Assembly (NCBI GenBank): GCA_964016885.1
Contig: OZ024742.1
Span: 333,994,001-334,058,000, forward strand
Direction: 5' to 3'
Origin: Eledone cirrhosa
Taxonomy: Eukaryota
Length of the DNA: 64,000 nt
The position numbers and the translations under genes are program-made. The first letter of the stretch is position 1. Each line of letters starts with the position of its first letter. The notes below the pieces were generated by a model. The model was not told where the DNA came from. It worked only from the letters and a program-made list of their open reading frames with translations, and searched no databases. This document shows positions 13,401 to 24,585 of the stretch, piece after piece.

Positions 13401-13866
13401 GCCAGTTCGGGATAAACTCTACAGGCATGGAGGTGCCGTCAGCCGGGCATGTCCGAGATGCGCGCAGGGCGACGAAACCGTCCTGCACGCACTCGTCCAG
13501 TGTCCGAAAATTGCTGACTTGTGGGTTTATGTCGAACACCTGCTGTCGCGTTTAGGACGGATCCAGCTATCATCTGAGTCTATCGTGAGGATTGCCCCGC
13601 CCTCCTCCTTTAGCCGGGAAGGGCAGGCAGTTTTTATCTGTCTGGTGGCCATGGCGAAAGAGATAGTATGGTGGACACGTTTGAAAGGGCTGAAGACGAG
13701 CACTTACCTCTTCGGTGATGCTCTGATTGACTTTTTCAAATTTCATTTGAAAAGGAAAATCAGAGTAGAGAAGGAAGTGCTCTCTTCCCAGCATTTTGTT
13801 GAAAGATGGGTGAGAGAAGCAAGAATGGCCCGAGTGAATGGGCCGACTCTGAGTATATATCTGTAA
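10447..13866 (+). CDS. Tx1 ORF2: APE endonuclease, reverse transcriptase and C-terminal zinc finger, 1139 aa
   Basis: NARGL, SETR, GDWN, YLDR, TDH (APE); KSPGLDGL, FRPITLLN, KAFDRV, RQGCPLS, YADD (RT); CPRC..ETVLHALVQC. Confidence 0.97.
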   Translation: MTSLRIGSINARGLGSSWKQGHLLNDLRSLNIDVVAISETRISEARAFVPIFGGYDVYASPSRPGSGGGVAVLFRRGLDLAIRAIFLDPEGKLVVLDVTSGDGQAFRLVAVYAPTGAGRPDFFRRLETFLGTSRSLVLVGDWNGILDARWDCVGLADRGGGCKSLTNLLRRFELSDRYRLDFPNVPMWTWTNRIGSSRSYLDRVFCREIDRSSIGCPQFKIVSYTDHKFVICVLDLDRLHRRGPGYWKLNASLPARKAYRDRISELVKRALTGAIVNNKWWFALKRAIRIESIRFSKALAIEKNRAEGELVRKLDEALSKGIATDVLAAKLALDQFFNAKHEGCVVRARVRALRHEGTKAVQWARVAEARRGNKATIRSLVDHDGRMLLDPGQMCEAFQRHFAQLFGGSGGPGRGMDFSVYLDGLPRLSATEAKCCEKPITAAEVREAMTGCTRGKSPGLDGLPYELYVQMPDLFGGLLADVYCNWQQNGRIPSSVSRGAVALLRKDPNKGDNIDNFRPITLLNTEFKILAKVLAKRLALVVGGLVGEAQTCAIPDRSIHDNLHLMRYIVERVAREPGTGGSLINLDQSKAFDRVDHRYLAAVLRAAGFGPVFRGWIAAMHSDICSVVRVNGHLSEPFNIMRSVRQGCPLSSLLYVLTLEPLLHKLETLRGVPRELGCGRSVSAYADDVTVVVSNAKHIEAIGTTLREYEAVTGAMINQEKSVGLQLGTWRGRSMPSNSVVGRWTDGPVKLLGVWFGPDLQTDKNWDEVTSRVASLTQKWAERKLSLKGRAEVANAYIASVICYRLTVVPCPKPRLTALERLLFRFLWKGRAPMVRRSICCQHPLRGGLGMPWLMMRRHALRLRHLHLFLDGDQVWSPFARRVFPQLVSLTELQSWVKRRPRGSAWRLECLQALTALDQSGNVIGGNSTSAFYRGLVEGKSDDVLGETLGVDENQLANLFGRTFGPGPMDNFQKSLAWQCYRGALPVRDKLYRHGGAVSRACPRCAQGDETVLHALVQCPKIADLWVYVEHLLSRLGRIQLSSESIVRIAPPSSFSREGQAVFICLVAMAKEIVWWTRLKGLKTSTYLFGDALIDFFKFHLKRKIRVEKEVLSSQHFVERWVREARMARVNGPTLSIYL

Positions 13867-14127
13867 ACTAAAGGTGGAAAACTGGGAGAGGGCACTTGCC
13901 TTGGTGGTCAGGGTCATTGTGGCTTTTTACTGGGCTTTCTCCACAAATGTCCCTCCGAAGTCTCCCCCCTATTGGGGAATTTTTCATTGTTATTTTCATT
14001 GTTATTTTTGTTACATCCTCTGTTTTTGTTTTTTTTACACGCAGAAATGCCCATTTGTACCGTCCTGCATTGTCCTGCACTGTCCTTAATGTCTACTTTA
14101 TGTAAACCCTTGTGGTTAATAAAGAAA

Positions 14128-14158
<31 letters not shown>

Positions 14159-14177
14159 CATTATTATTATTATTATT

Positions 14178-16275
14178 GTTTACCTTCACCATCAACAGAA
14201 TCCCCCAAACGCAAACAACCTAAATAGACAAGAACCAATACAAACACATACATCTGAAACCGCAGACACCGCAGTCACAAAAACACAGACACAACCGAAA
14301 CAGCACAAACAAAACCATCACCACCACAGTCATGCAAATAAATAAAACCGGACCAACAAAACATACACAAAATGTGAGCTTGTTAGAAGGGCTAACAAGG
14401 AATTGATGACCCTCGTAGCACGAGGTAAAGACATTCATACAGATGCGGAAATCTTTGAATCGAGCAGATTTCGCGTGCCAGAATATTCTTTTCTGGTGCG
14501 AATGTCACTCGATTCCTACAAAGGAATTCGAGAGAACTTACCTATGGACGTGGGAACCCCGAACGTAAAACCCACATTGAGACGTTTAAAGGGGTTCACA
14601 AAAGAAACCCCCCCAACTATGGAGGTTGAACCACCCGACATTCGCACGACACCATGGGGTAAATAAACAGCATGGCCATATTAAGAGTCGGAAGTTAAAA
14701 TTGTCGGGGCCTGTGGTCACTCTGGAAGCAGCGTTACCTGCTCAACAACCTCAGTTCTCTAGAAATGGTTGTAATTACCGTCAGTGAGACCAGAATTTCC
14801 GACATGCGCGCACTAGCCGCCATGTTCGTCGACTATCAGATCTTCGCATCTGTCAGTCGCCCGGCAATGGGAGGTTGGATGGCAGTCCTGGATTTCTAGG
14901 TTAGGAGGTGAATTTAGACAGGGGGCCCTCTACGCCCCTACAAGGGCGGGACGGCCGGACTTCTTTAGACGTCTGTAAGCCTTTCCGGGTATGTCTCGCC
15001 CTTTATTATTAGAGAAAAGGCTGGAACGGCATCTTCAACTAACGCTGGAATTGTGTGGGCGTAGCCGATAGGAGTGGGGGTGCAAAAAATCTCAACAATC
15101 TGATCAGCCAGTTCCAACTGTCTGATAGGTACGGACTAGATTTTCCTAATGCGCAAGTGTGGACCGGGACCAACCGCATAGGGTCATTTAATTTTAAATC
15201 CACGTTTTAAATCGGTCGCCTATTCTGGTCACAAGTTTGCGATCTGTATGGGCGACGAAGATAAGACACGTAGGTTAGGACCTGGTTACTGAACATGTCA
15301 TTTGCAGCAAAAATGTCTTACAGGGACGGGTCATAAATTTAGTTAAGCAAACGTTGAGAGGGGGAGGTCGTCAACAATAGATGGTGGGTCGCTCTCAAAA
15401 GTGAAATTAGAGTAATTTCGATAGAGTTTAGCAAATACGTAGCGTTAGAGGAAAATAGATAGGCGAGTGAGCTAGTAGATAAGTTAGACGAGGCTATTTG
15501 TAGTGGCATTGCAACTGACGTGCTAGCGGAGAGAATGGCAATAGAATATTACTTCACGAAGGTTGCATTGTCAGAGCTACGGTGCGTGCTCTGAGAAACG
15601 AGGGAACCAAAACTGTTCGATGGGCCCGCGTGACAGAGGTCCAGCATAGTAATGAAAACAATTCGGTCTTTAAAGGACTGAGACAGACACGAGCTGAACG
15701 ATTTCAATCGTATATGTGAGAACTATTGCCAGTATTTTGCTCGGGTTTTCAGGGGGAGTTGTGGATCAGAGATTGTAGTGGACTTCATTCCCTACCTCGA
15801 CGGCTTTCTGCGACTCTCGACTGCTTTTCTCGCCCCTGTATGACCAACGCTACTAAATACCGATAACTTCAGCCGATATTCAGGATGCCCTTTTCGGCTG
15901 CACGAGGCGCAAGTCCCCCGGTTTGGATGGCCTGCCCTACGAGCTTTATGTAAATATGCCAGACTTGTTCTCCAATCTTCTCGAAGCGGTCTACTGCAAC
16001 TGACAGCCTACGGGAGTATTCCAAGTTCCGTGAGCCGGGGCGCAGTGACGCTGATGAAGAAAGACGAGAACAAGAGGGACATTAGACAACTTCATGCCCA
16101 TAACTCTGCTGAACACAGTATTTAAGATTTTGACCAAGGGGTTAGCGGAGAGGTTGACGTTCGTCGTCGAAGATTTGGTTGGAGAGGCGCAAACTTGGGA
16201 AATCTCGACTAGGTCCATACACGACTACCTCCATCTCATGCGATTCATCATAGAAAGGGTTGGGTCAGGTCCAGG
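14178..16275 (+). pseudogene. Old Tx1 fragment (ORF1 C-terminus to early RT), truncated at both ends
   Basis: KETPPTMEVEPPD motif shared with 4975-5169; degenerate APE; MPITLLNTVFKILTKGLAERL at 16094. Confidence 0.88.
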
Positions 16276-16890
16276 GATAGCATCTACTGTATCAGACCAG
16301 AGCCAGTGACAATTCTTCCCTCTGTATCTCTTTCTTACCGCCATTTTCCTCCCTCTTTCTATATCTGGAAGATATGAATTGCATGAAACTATGACAGGTG
16401 TTGGGCTCCAGGAGATTTAAAGAAATTTCATGATGACACTTCAACCCCTCCACCAGGAATTACGAGTCAATACATAGTTTATTCTTTTCTGTCACCCCCC
16501 TTTATTCTACTGCTTCTAACCCCCTCCCCCTCCCCAACCTTCTTTCTCCTTTTTCTTGCTTTTCTTCTTTCCCTGCATCTTTGTACATCTTATATACATC
16601 ATATATACGCATACATATAAATACATATAAACATACACACATATACACACGCAGTCACGCAAACATAATTATATATACGTGTGTGTGTATGTGTGCGTGT
16701 TGTGTGTGTATGTGTATGTGTGTGTTGGTGTGTATGTGGAGGTGTAATTGCATATGCCTTCTAGACGTTACTCTTTAATCGACACTTTTATATTAGATAA
16801 ACTGCAAGGTGCAGTATAATTTACCAGAGATTCACACTTGTTGCACCCAAGGTGGTGCACAATCATAACAATACTTCCTTTAATATTTGA

Positions 16891-17003
<113 letters not shown>

Positions 17004-18192
17004 ACATGTGTATATATGTGTGTATATAGATACATATGTATATTTGATATATATATATATAAATATATATATATGTATATATATACATAAACATGTGTGC
17101 ATGTATGCGTGCGTGTGCGTATGTAGAAACATATATCCATGTGGAAATGTATATATGTTTGCGCGTTTACGTGAGAGTATGTATGTATATTCTTGATATA
17201 GAAAGAAAGAAAACTTAACGAAATGCACTTTGATTAATTTATTAGATTTGATCAGATTTGACTGTCTATGACATCTAAGCTTGGCAATCGATCGATGAAT
17301 AATTATACGTTTATTGCTACAATATGAAATGTAATTATTCTCTTAAATTTGTACTCATTCATCTGTTGAAAAATTACCGCAGTAAGACATTTAACATGCT
17401 GCTGTGTTTAATCTATAAACTTCGACTTACATACAATTATACAAACATACATATATACAAAAATAATATTGGCAGATACACACTCAATCACAAACACACA
17501 CACATATATATGTATATATATATATATATATATATACTTTTCTCAACCTGCTTAGTTCTATCGTTACTTTGGTATGTATTGTGTGTTGGTTTGGCCTACC
17601 ACAATACTCGATTTGTCAAGCTATTTAAACGTATGTTATTACTTTGAGGTCCTATCTTATCGAGTACTTTGCTAACTCATTATTTCATATAAGTAAGCCG
17701 AATTTACTTGCAAACCGCCAGAGATTCGATTTTACTGATTTCCAATTATATATATATATATGTACATATAAATGTATATATAGATGTATATATGTATATA
17801 TATGTATATATGTATATATGTATATATGTTGTTATACTTTGGGAGGGTCATGTTGCCAATAAGAAACACACGCACCAATTGTCACTTCAATTTATTATAA
17901 ATTAAATTTATAAATTTAGGAATTTATAAATTTCCGGTTGGTTGGTTGGTGCCACAACGAGACGATTGTTCATATATTGTCAAGGTTCTTTCGTCACACA
18001 TTCTGTGACCTCTTAAGTGACTGGGGATTCCTTTCTTTGTTTTTGTGCCTCTACTTTTTTCTGTCCTACGTCATCTTGTTTTTGTGTGTAAACACACAAG
18101 AAAACAAGATGGTATAACAATATCGGTTTGAACACACGTTTTCAGATAAAGAATCTTGCTAAACAAATTCAGAAACGAAATATATATATATG

Positions 18193-18259
<67 letters not shown>

Positions 18260-18264
18260 ATGTA

Positions 18265-18335
<71 letters not shown>

Positions 18336-18701
18336 GGCGGCTGCCAACTCATTTTCGAGTACGGCCACTACTTTATATCCTTGTAGGAGAACCCCTACCG
18401 ATGCGCTCAACGAGTGTGACTTTCTAGTCCAGCCAGCGACTTGAAAACTCTGTTACAAACACTACACTTGTGACAATTATTGACACATAGTGCTGGGCCT
18501 ATGGTACCATGTGATGACAAGTGCAGAGAGATCTCCAGATATAAAGCAATGCCTGTGCCGTGAAGCTTTTATAGTGAGCAAAGGCACTGCACAAAGCCAG
18601 TCCCACTCTCTTAACCAAGATGATATTTACCAAAAAGAAGAACAAGTCAACATCATTGGATACCATCAGGGTTGCAGGTGTTATATCAGAGTTTTCCTTC
18701 T
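18336..18701 (-). mobile_element. Short non-autonomous RTE-derived element (copy 1), in (TA)n
   Basis: Near-identical to 38610-38975; the minus strand encodes [21 protein letters not shown] (18407-18472), an RTE-type terminal zinc finger; RTE-like 5' motif gaaggaaaactctga. Confidence 0.7.
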
Positions 18702-18725
18702 GTATATATATATTTATATATACAT

Positions 18726-18821
<96 letters not shown>

Positions 18822-18830
18822 GTATATATT

Positions 18831-18866
<36 letters not shown>

Positions 18867-19061
18867 TACATATGTATAAATGTATGTATGACACTTTTTG
18901 TCTACATATATGTATCTCCACAACAGTCTTTTTAAGGATACCCCTTATTATAAAATACTGAGCCACTTACTTCGTAATTTCACGAGCAGTTCCAGTGATT
19001 GAAACAGAGGCTGGTCCCTGAATATATTCATACATATGTACGTATAGTGTTACGTATTGTG

Positions 19062-19220
19062 TGGCACAAGGCCAGCAATTATCCCGGTGTATTACTGGTA
19101 CTTTATTTTATTGACCCGGTAAGGATGAAAAGCAAAGTTAACCTCGGTGGGATTTGAGCTCAGACCATAAAGGGCCGTAACTCTTTGCTGCAAAACAGGG
19201 CGTCCGACACTCTAACGATA
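19062..19220 (-). mobile_element. tRNA-derived SINE (octopus OK/OR-like family)
   Basis: Reverse complement matches 29011-29200 (B-box gagttcaaatcc, gttaactttgcctttcatcc, ggccttgtgcca). Confidence 0.8.
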
Positions 19221-19416
19221 TGTTCCATATTTATCTGTGCGTATATAAACATATGGATATATGTGCATCTGTGTTTCGTTGTGGCTGATATCTGTTCATG
19301 AGTATATATGAAAGGCAGTGGGGTTTCATTTATAATATACAACTTGACTTATCAAATTTTAGACTATTACGTTTACAAGTATATTTCTACCTGCAATCAT
19401 TAATATAAATTTGACC

Positions 19417-19449
<33 letters not shown>

Positions 19450-19536
19450 GGTAAGTTATTCCGGGTTTAATCGGAGGTAACCACAGTAAGTAAGGTACTC
19501 AATACATAGCAGAGTATAACAGTTTTAATATAAATG

Positions 19537-19587
19537 AGATTCTACAGGACTAGAACTGTTTCATTATTTAGAAATCATCAGGAATAT
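19537..19587 (-). ncRNA. Type I hammerhead ribozyme
   Basis: attc-CTGATGA-tttctaaataat-GAAA-cag ttctagtc ctg-TA-gaat; stems I and III pair, stem II weak. Confidence 0.65.
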
Positions 19588-19821
19588 GGCTTTCCAAAAT
19601 AAATGTTGTGGTATTTATACATTTTCAGGTGGTAGGAGAGGGTGGGGAGTGGGATGGGGGGAGGTCATTGGTTGAAAGAAAAGGGAATTCATTGAATTGC
19701 CTTAAAGAATTAGCTTTTAATGAATTCCCTTTTCTTTCAACCAATGACCTCCCCCAATCCCACTCACCACCCTCTCCTACCACATGAAAAGATATAAATA
19801 CCACATTTATTTTGGAAAGCC

Positions 19822-19872
19822 AGATCCCTGATGATTTCTAAAGAATGAAACAGTTCTAGTTCTGTAGAATCT
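19822..19872 (+). ncRNA. Type I hammerhead ribozyme
   Basis: agatcc-CTGATGA-tttc taaa gaat-GAAA-cag ttctagtt ctg-TA-gaatct. Confidence 0.7.
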
Positions 19873-19919
19873 CATCTATATTAAAACTATATATATATAT
19901 ATATATATATATAGATGTT

Positions 19920-19998
<79 letters not shown>

Positions 19999-20017
19999 TG
20001 TATATATAATATATATA

Positions 20018-20104
<87 letters not shown>

Positions 20105-20219
20105 GTGTGTGTGTGCGTAGTTACCTATTTATTTATTCAATAAATATTTAAGATGTTACGAACATATTTGTACTATGCACTTGAATTGGCAACAGATAAT
20201 ATTGTTAGCTTCCTTCATA

Positions 20220-20600
20220 TCCATCAACAACACTAACATTTTCCCCATCATCATTAATATCATCATTAATATCATCATCATCAACATCAAGAACATAACC
20301 GTAATAATGATCACAAATATAACAGGCATCATGATAAACATCAACAACAGCATCATCAACAACCTTATAATTATCATTATAATGATGATCATCATCAGCA
20401 ACATCATTTTTATTGTCAATAATATAATCATCATGAACACCATTATCATTGCCACTATAATCATCATCATCCTCATCACCTTCACTATATTCACTGTCAT
20501 TATCATTAAACTTATCGTAATAATCAGCATCATCATAATCAACGCTGTCAGCTTAATCATCGCCTTCATCATTATCAATATCATCATCATCACCATCAAA
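20220..20600. repeat. Degenerate (CAT/AAT)n trinucleotide low-complexity tract
   Basis: Runs of catcat/aataat; explains the I/M-rich pseudo-ORFs. Confidence 0.85.
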
Positions 20601-20683
20601 GTAATTTCTTCCATTATTGTCTTTATCTTATTCGCTTCATATTCTTACTATGGTAAATATGATTTTATCACATATTATTATTA

Positions 20684-21205
20684 AGCGCTCACTGCCCTTT
20701 GCCAATCGGGCTTTGAATTCGGTGGAAACTCCACCTCGGCTTCCTATAAATGGTTAATGGAGAGCAAGAGCGACGATGTCCCAAGGGAAAATCTGGATGT
20801 GCACGAAAGCCAACTAGCTATTATCTTCCGGAGGACTTCAGGTCCAGGGTCAATGGATAACTTGTAGAAATCCCTGGTCTAGCAGTACTACTGGGGAGCG
20901 TGGCCGATTCGAGATAAAATTTATAGGCATGGAAAGGCTGGTGAGGATGGAGAGAGAAGTACTGCTCCCCAGTACATTTACTAAAACGTGGGTGAAAATG
21001 GTGGTCAGAATGGCCCGTGGGAATGCGCCTGCTCCGAGAATGCGCTTGTAAGGCTGGTTAATTTAATTAGGAGAGGGGTGCTCTTCTCGGGTGTCCTCGA
21101 AGCGTCGTGTGGTTCAGGATTTGTCGGGTTCCTGAGTCAGCCACTGTCCGTCATTTTGTAATGTCCCCTATATGCAGGCCCTTGTAACCAATAAAGGAAA
21201 TGTTA
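20684..21205 (+). pseudogene. Degenerate Tx1 3' fragment with internal deletion
   Basis: gcgctcactgccct...ggtggaaactccacctcggc matches about 13183-13240; 3' UTR matches 7810-8070; starts immediately after ttattatta. Confidence 0.85.
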
Positions 21206-21268
21206 TCATAATTATTAAGAATTATTACTGTTATTGCAATCATTTTTATTATATTTGCTATCATTTAT

Positions 21269-21269
<1 letters not shown>

Positions 21270-21304
<35 letters not shown>

Positions 21305-21440
21305 CTTCTTCTTCTTCTTCTTCTTCTTCTTCTTCTTCTTCTTCTTCTTCTTCTTCTACTACTACTGTTGCTGCTACTACTGATGCTGATGCTGCTGCTG
21401 ATGATGATGATACTAGCAGCAGTAGTACTACTACTACTAG
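21270..21440. repeat. Compound microsatellite (TGT)n(TCT)n(ACT)n(GCT/GAT)n
   Basis: Seen directly. Confidence 0.95.
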
Positions 21441-21967
21441 GCTCAGCATTTTCTTAAATCCTGCGGGGCAAATAATTCTGTTGTGTTTTCTCATCTTTTA
21501 TAAACAAACAATAATTTATTTTTATTAGATGGAAGAAATGTAATTAATTAATTACAGAAATGTAACCGTAAGCTGATTTTGTGATTTACACAAATCTTAT
21601 TTAGTATGGCAAAGTTCAGAGAAAAGTTCAAGAATGTTTTATATTTTTTGAACTTAGCAGGAAAATTAAAACATGAAATAAAAACTAGAAGATGAATAGT
21701 TAAATTCATGAAAAGGAACACGGCATTTTAAAAAATGAAAAAAATGCTAAAAGAAAAACTATATGATGATAAAGTTAATCTTGTTCGTGCTGGAGCTGCT
21801 GTTGAAGATCATAATAATCGATATACATATATAACAAAGGAAGTGTGGTAAGGAACCAGATGGACCATAACACACCAGAGTACTCAATACTTAGGGTAGT
21901 AGAGTGGGTAATAGCCGTCGAAACGGCTTGAGCTCTGTCGTCGGGGTTAAACATTTCCATATATATA

Positions 21968-22016
<49 letters not shown>

Positions 22017-22104
22017 AACGAGTAGGACCCCGACGGCTGAGCTGCGTTATGGTCCACCTGGTTCCTTACCATATTTCCTTCGTTATATATATATATTTAT
22101 ACAA

Positions 22105-22392
22105 TAAAGTATGTCCATAGAATCATTTGTTAAGTTATATACTCAATTTCCTCCCCCAATCAGCATAATCAACCACACAAAAAAACAATTAAACCAGGCT
22201 ATAAGATTAAAAGGCACCTATGAAGAAATAATAGATAAATAAACGACATCCATCTATTCGCGATCAACAGCTATAGAGTATTTTCCCAGCATTTCAATAG
22301 CACGTGGAAATCGATTATATATATCGTCAACCATACACAATTAGGTATAAAATCAAAGTTAGAAGAAAAAATGTATATAAACATACCAAAAT
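22105..22392. repeat. Unclassified interspersed repeat flanked by (TA)n; other copies at 58423-58716 and 58838-58901
   Basis: Shared ccaatcagcataatcaaccaca and aaatcaaagttagaagaaaaaa...taaacataccaaaat. Confidence 0.75.
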
Positions 22393-23655
22393 ATATATAT
22401 ATCAATGATATTAAAGGAAAGGAAAGTCTGTCGATGAATGGACAATTCATCGTTTCTCTTTGTATGAATAAATGACTCCAGAAAGGGGGTGAACAATAAA
22501 AATGTAACGATCTTTTATTAAATGTGATATTTAATAAATTTCCTACAACGTCAATTTAAACATACCTTGTGGGTTAATAAAAAAAGGTGTAATAATATTC
22601 TCCGATACAGAAATAACGCTAGTAAAGTTGTTGTTGTTGGTAAAGCAAAGTCACAATGAATCTTCTGTGGAGTCGAAGTCGAGCGTTGAAGAACCTAGAG
22701 TCACCTACATGACAGCCGCGTCTGACGCCATAATGGTAAGAAAACTAATGTCTTAATTTCTCGAGTCCTTGCGGTAACGAGACAGAAGGTATGGTGGTTG
22801 CGTCGGCAAAGTTACAAGCCGTTCCCTGGTGTTGGTTAATAGTTAGCCATGTCTTGCTTGTTTGCATTGCAGGAAGCCGTATGGAAAGAAAAATGTCTCC
22901 GGGCTGTAATTTTGAAAATACAGCCAATTTTTTTTTCCTTCCAAGATGTCGTCGTTGGCGAGTTCGCGAAAGTTAAACCACGTGTTGTTCTTTTTAAAAA
23001 AAAAAACTACTTCCATATTTTATTTTTTTATTTTTTCAAACGGTAGAGACGATAGAACAGGTGAAAGCGTGGAAGTCAACAATATGATGTGTGGTGGTTG
23101 CGTCGGTAAGGCTATGAAGCTGCCATCTCACTATTCCCTGTTGTTGGTTAGTGGCTAAACAATGTTGTCGCTGCTGCTGCTGCTGCTGCTGCTGTTGTCG
23201 TTGTTGATTGCAGACAGGACTTGTCGGTAGCCATTTTGAAATTTCCTCGTGGCGCAAAGTTTTTGAAATACTGCTAATTTTTTTTACAATTTTAAAAGGG
23301 ACATTTTGTATTTTCATTAGTTGCATTGAACAAAAAGGCTGCGTAAAATTCTTACGTCGGTCACCAGTTTAGCAGTAAAGTTATGTTTAGAGAGTTGTAA
23401 TGTCGCCACGAGGAACCAGTTTTGGTAGTAAGATATGATAGGAATATCGACGACTTTAGCTTGTTTTTACATTATTTATTAACAAAGGTTGAGATGGCTT
23501 ACCAAGAGAAATAAAACAAACGAATTAAAATTTCAGAAAGACACGGGCTACTGGCTGTTTGAGTGTTGCCAGGCCGTGGTTAAATTGTTGTGCTACATAT
23601 TGGCTAGTGATTTCACGGCGAAAGAAAAGTAGTTGTTTACCTTAGCACGGTCAAG

Positions 23656-24585
23656 ATGGAAGAGAGAGATCCCTCTGCTGCGGAACAACAACAAAGACCG
23701 AAGATCGTGTCTTCTACCATTGTTCCTGAACAACAACAACAAAAACCGAGGATCGTGTCTTCCTCTACCATTGTCGCTGAACAACAGCAAAAACCAACGA
23801 CCGTAGCTTCTGCTACTACCCCCGTTGAAGGACTTCATCAACAACAGCAACCCATGTCTTCCTCACCCGTTACTTTTCAACAACAACAACCGACGACTGT
23901 GTCTTCTACCATGCCTGTTGAAGGAGAAGAACAACAACAAAAACCGACCGTCAATACGGAGTTTGAGGAAATACGGCAAATGATTTCCGCTTTAAGTCAA
24001 GAAATAGCGGAAATAAAATCAAGCGTTCGTGTAGAACCCCACAATGAGGGATCTTACCGGAGTGCCTTGTTAAAAAATCTCCGCGTATCTCATGTTGAAC
24101 CTAGACGCATTGAGAATGCCACTGAATCTGCAAACCACGAAGTGATTGCCATTGGTGTGCCGGAAGACATAGTTGATCTTCAGGCATTTGCTGCCAGTTC
24201 ATCCAAAGACCTGGGCTGTGCTCCCGCAAAGGGTCTTCTACGCCTTGGCCGACCAGGCCCGAAACCCAGGTTAATTAGACTGTCGTTTTCAAACTCGGCT
24301 GAGGCACGTTCATACCTTGTAGCCTCTGATAAAGCTAGGCGTGAAAGTCGGATTGCTTTCCGAACACGTCCTGGTCTTCCACCTGATGTCCGCCCAAAGT
24401 TGCGTGCTGCAGCTTCCCTAAACCGCAGCTCGGCAGAACATGAAAGCTTCAGCCTACGAGATGATGGGCAGATATGGAGGTTTGTTAAGGCTGGCGAATC
24501 ATGGAAAAGAGACACCAGCTGGTCTGAAAACAGTGTACCCACAACAACTGACAATAAAGAAACTGAAAAAACTCTGGGAAACTAA
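23656..24585 (+). CDS. CR1 ORF1, 309 aa
   Basis: Q-rich N-terminal repeats, coiled coil FEEIRQMISALSQEIAEIK, RLG..GPKPRLIRLSF motif typical of CR1/L2 ORF1. Confidence 0.8.
   Translation: MEERDPSAAEQQQRPKIVSSTIVPEQQQQKPRIVSSSTIVAEQQQKPTTVASATTPVEGLHQQQQPMSSSPVTFQQQQPTTVSSTMPVEGEEQQQKPTVNTEFEEIRQMISALSQEIAEIKSSVRVEPHNEGSYRSALLKNLRVSHVEPRRIENATESANHEVIAIGVPEDIVDLQAFAASSSKDLGCAPAKGLLRLGRPGPKPRLIRLSFSNSAEARSYLVASDKARRESRIAFRTRPGLPPDVRPKLRAAASLNRSSAEHESFSLRDDGQIWRFVKAGESWKRDTSWSENSVPTTTDNKETEKTLGN

Larger units (their letters stand above)
8100..14177 (+). mobile_element. Full-length, apparently intact Tx1-clade non-LTR retrotransposon
   Basis: Two uninterrupted ORFs, short 5' UTR, 3' UTR with AATAAA and a long (TTA)n tail; flanked by (TTA)n on both sides. 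Confidence 0.95.
19451..19888. mobile_element. Fold-back PLE pseudo-LTR element (arms 19521-19693 / 19719-19888) in (TA)n
   Basis: About 170 bp inverted arms, each with a hammerhead core; left arm extended by a tail. Confidence 0.8.

Noticed and set aside
8420-13917. Antisense and alternate-frame ORFs within Tx1 (and likewise within CR1)
   Set aside because: Shadow ORFs of GC-rich or low-complexity coding sequence; no motifs.
20156-20684. Hydrophobic I/M-rich ORFs resembling membrane proteins
   Set aside because: Products of a degenerate (CAT)n tract.
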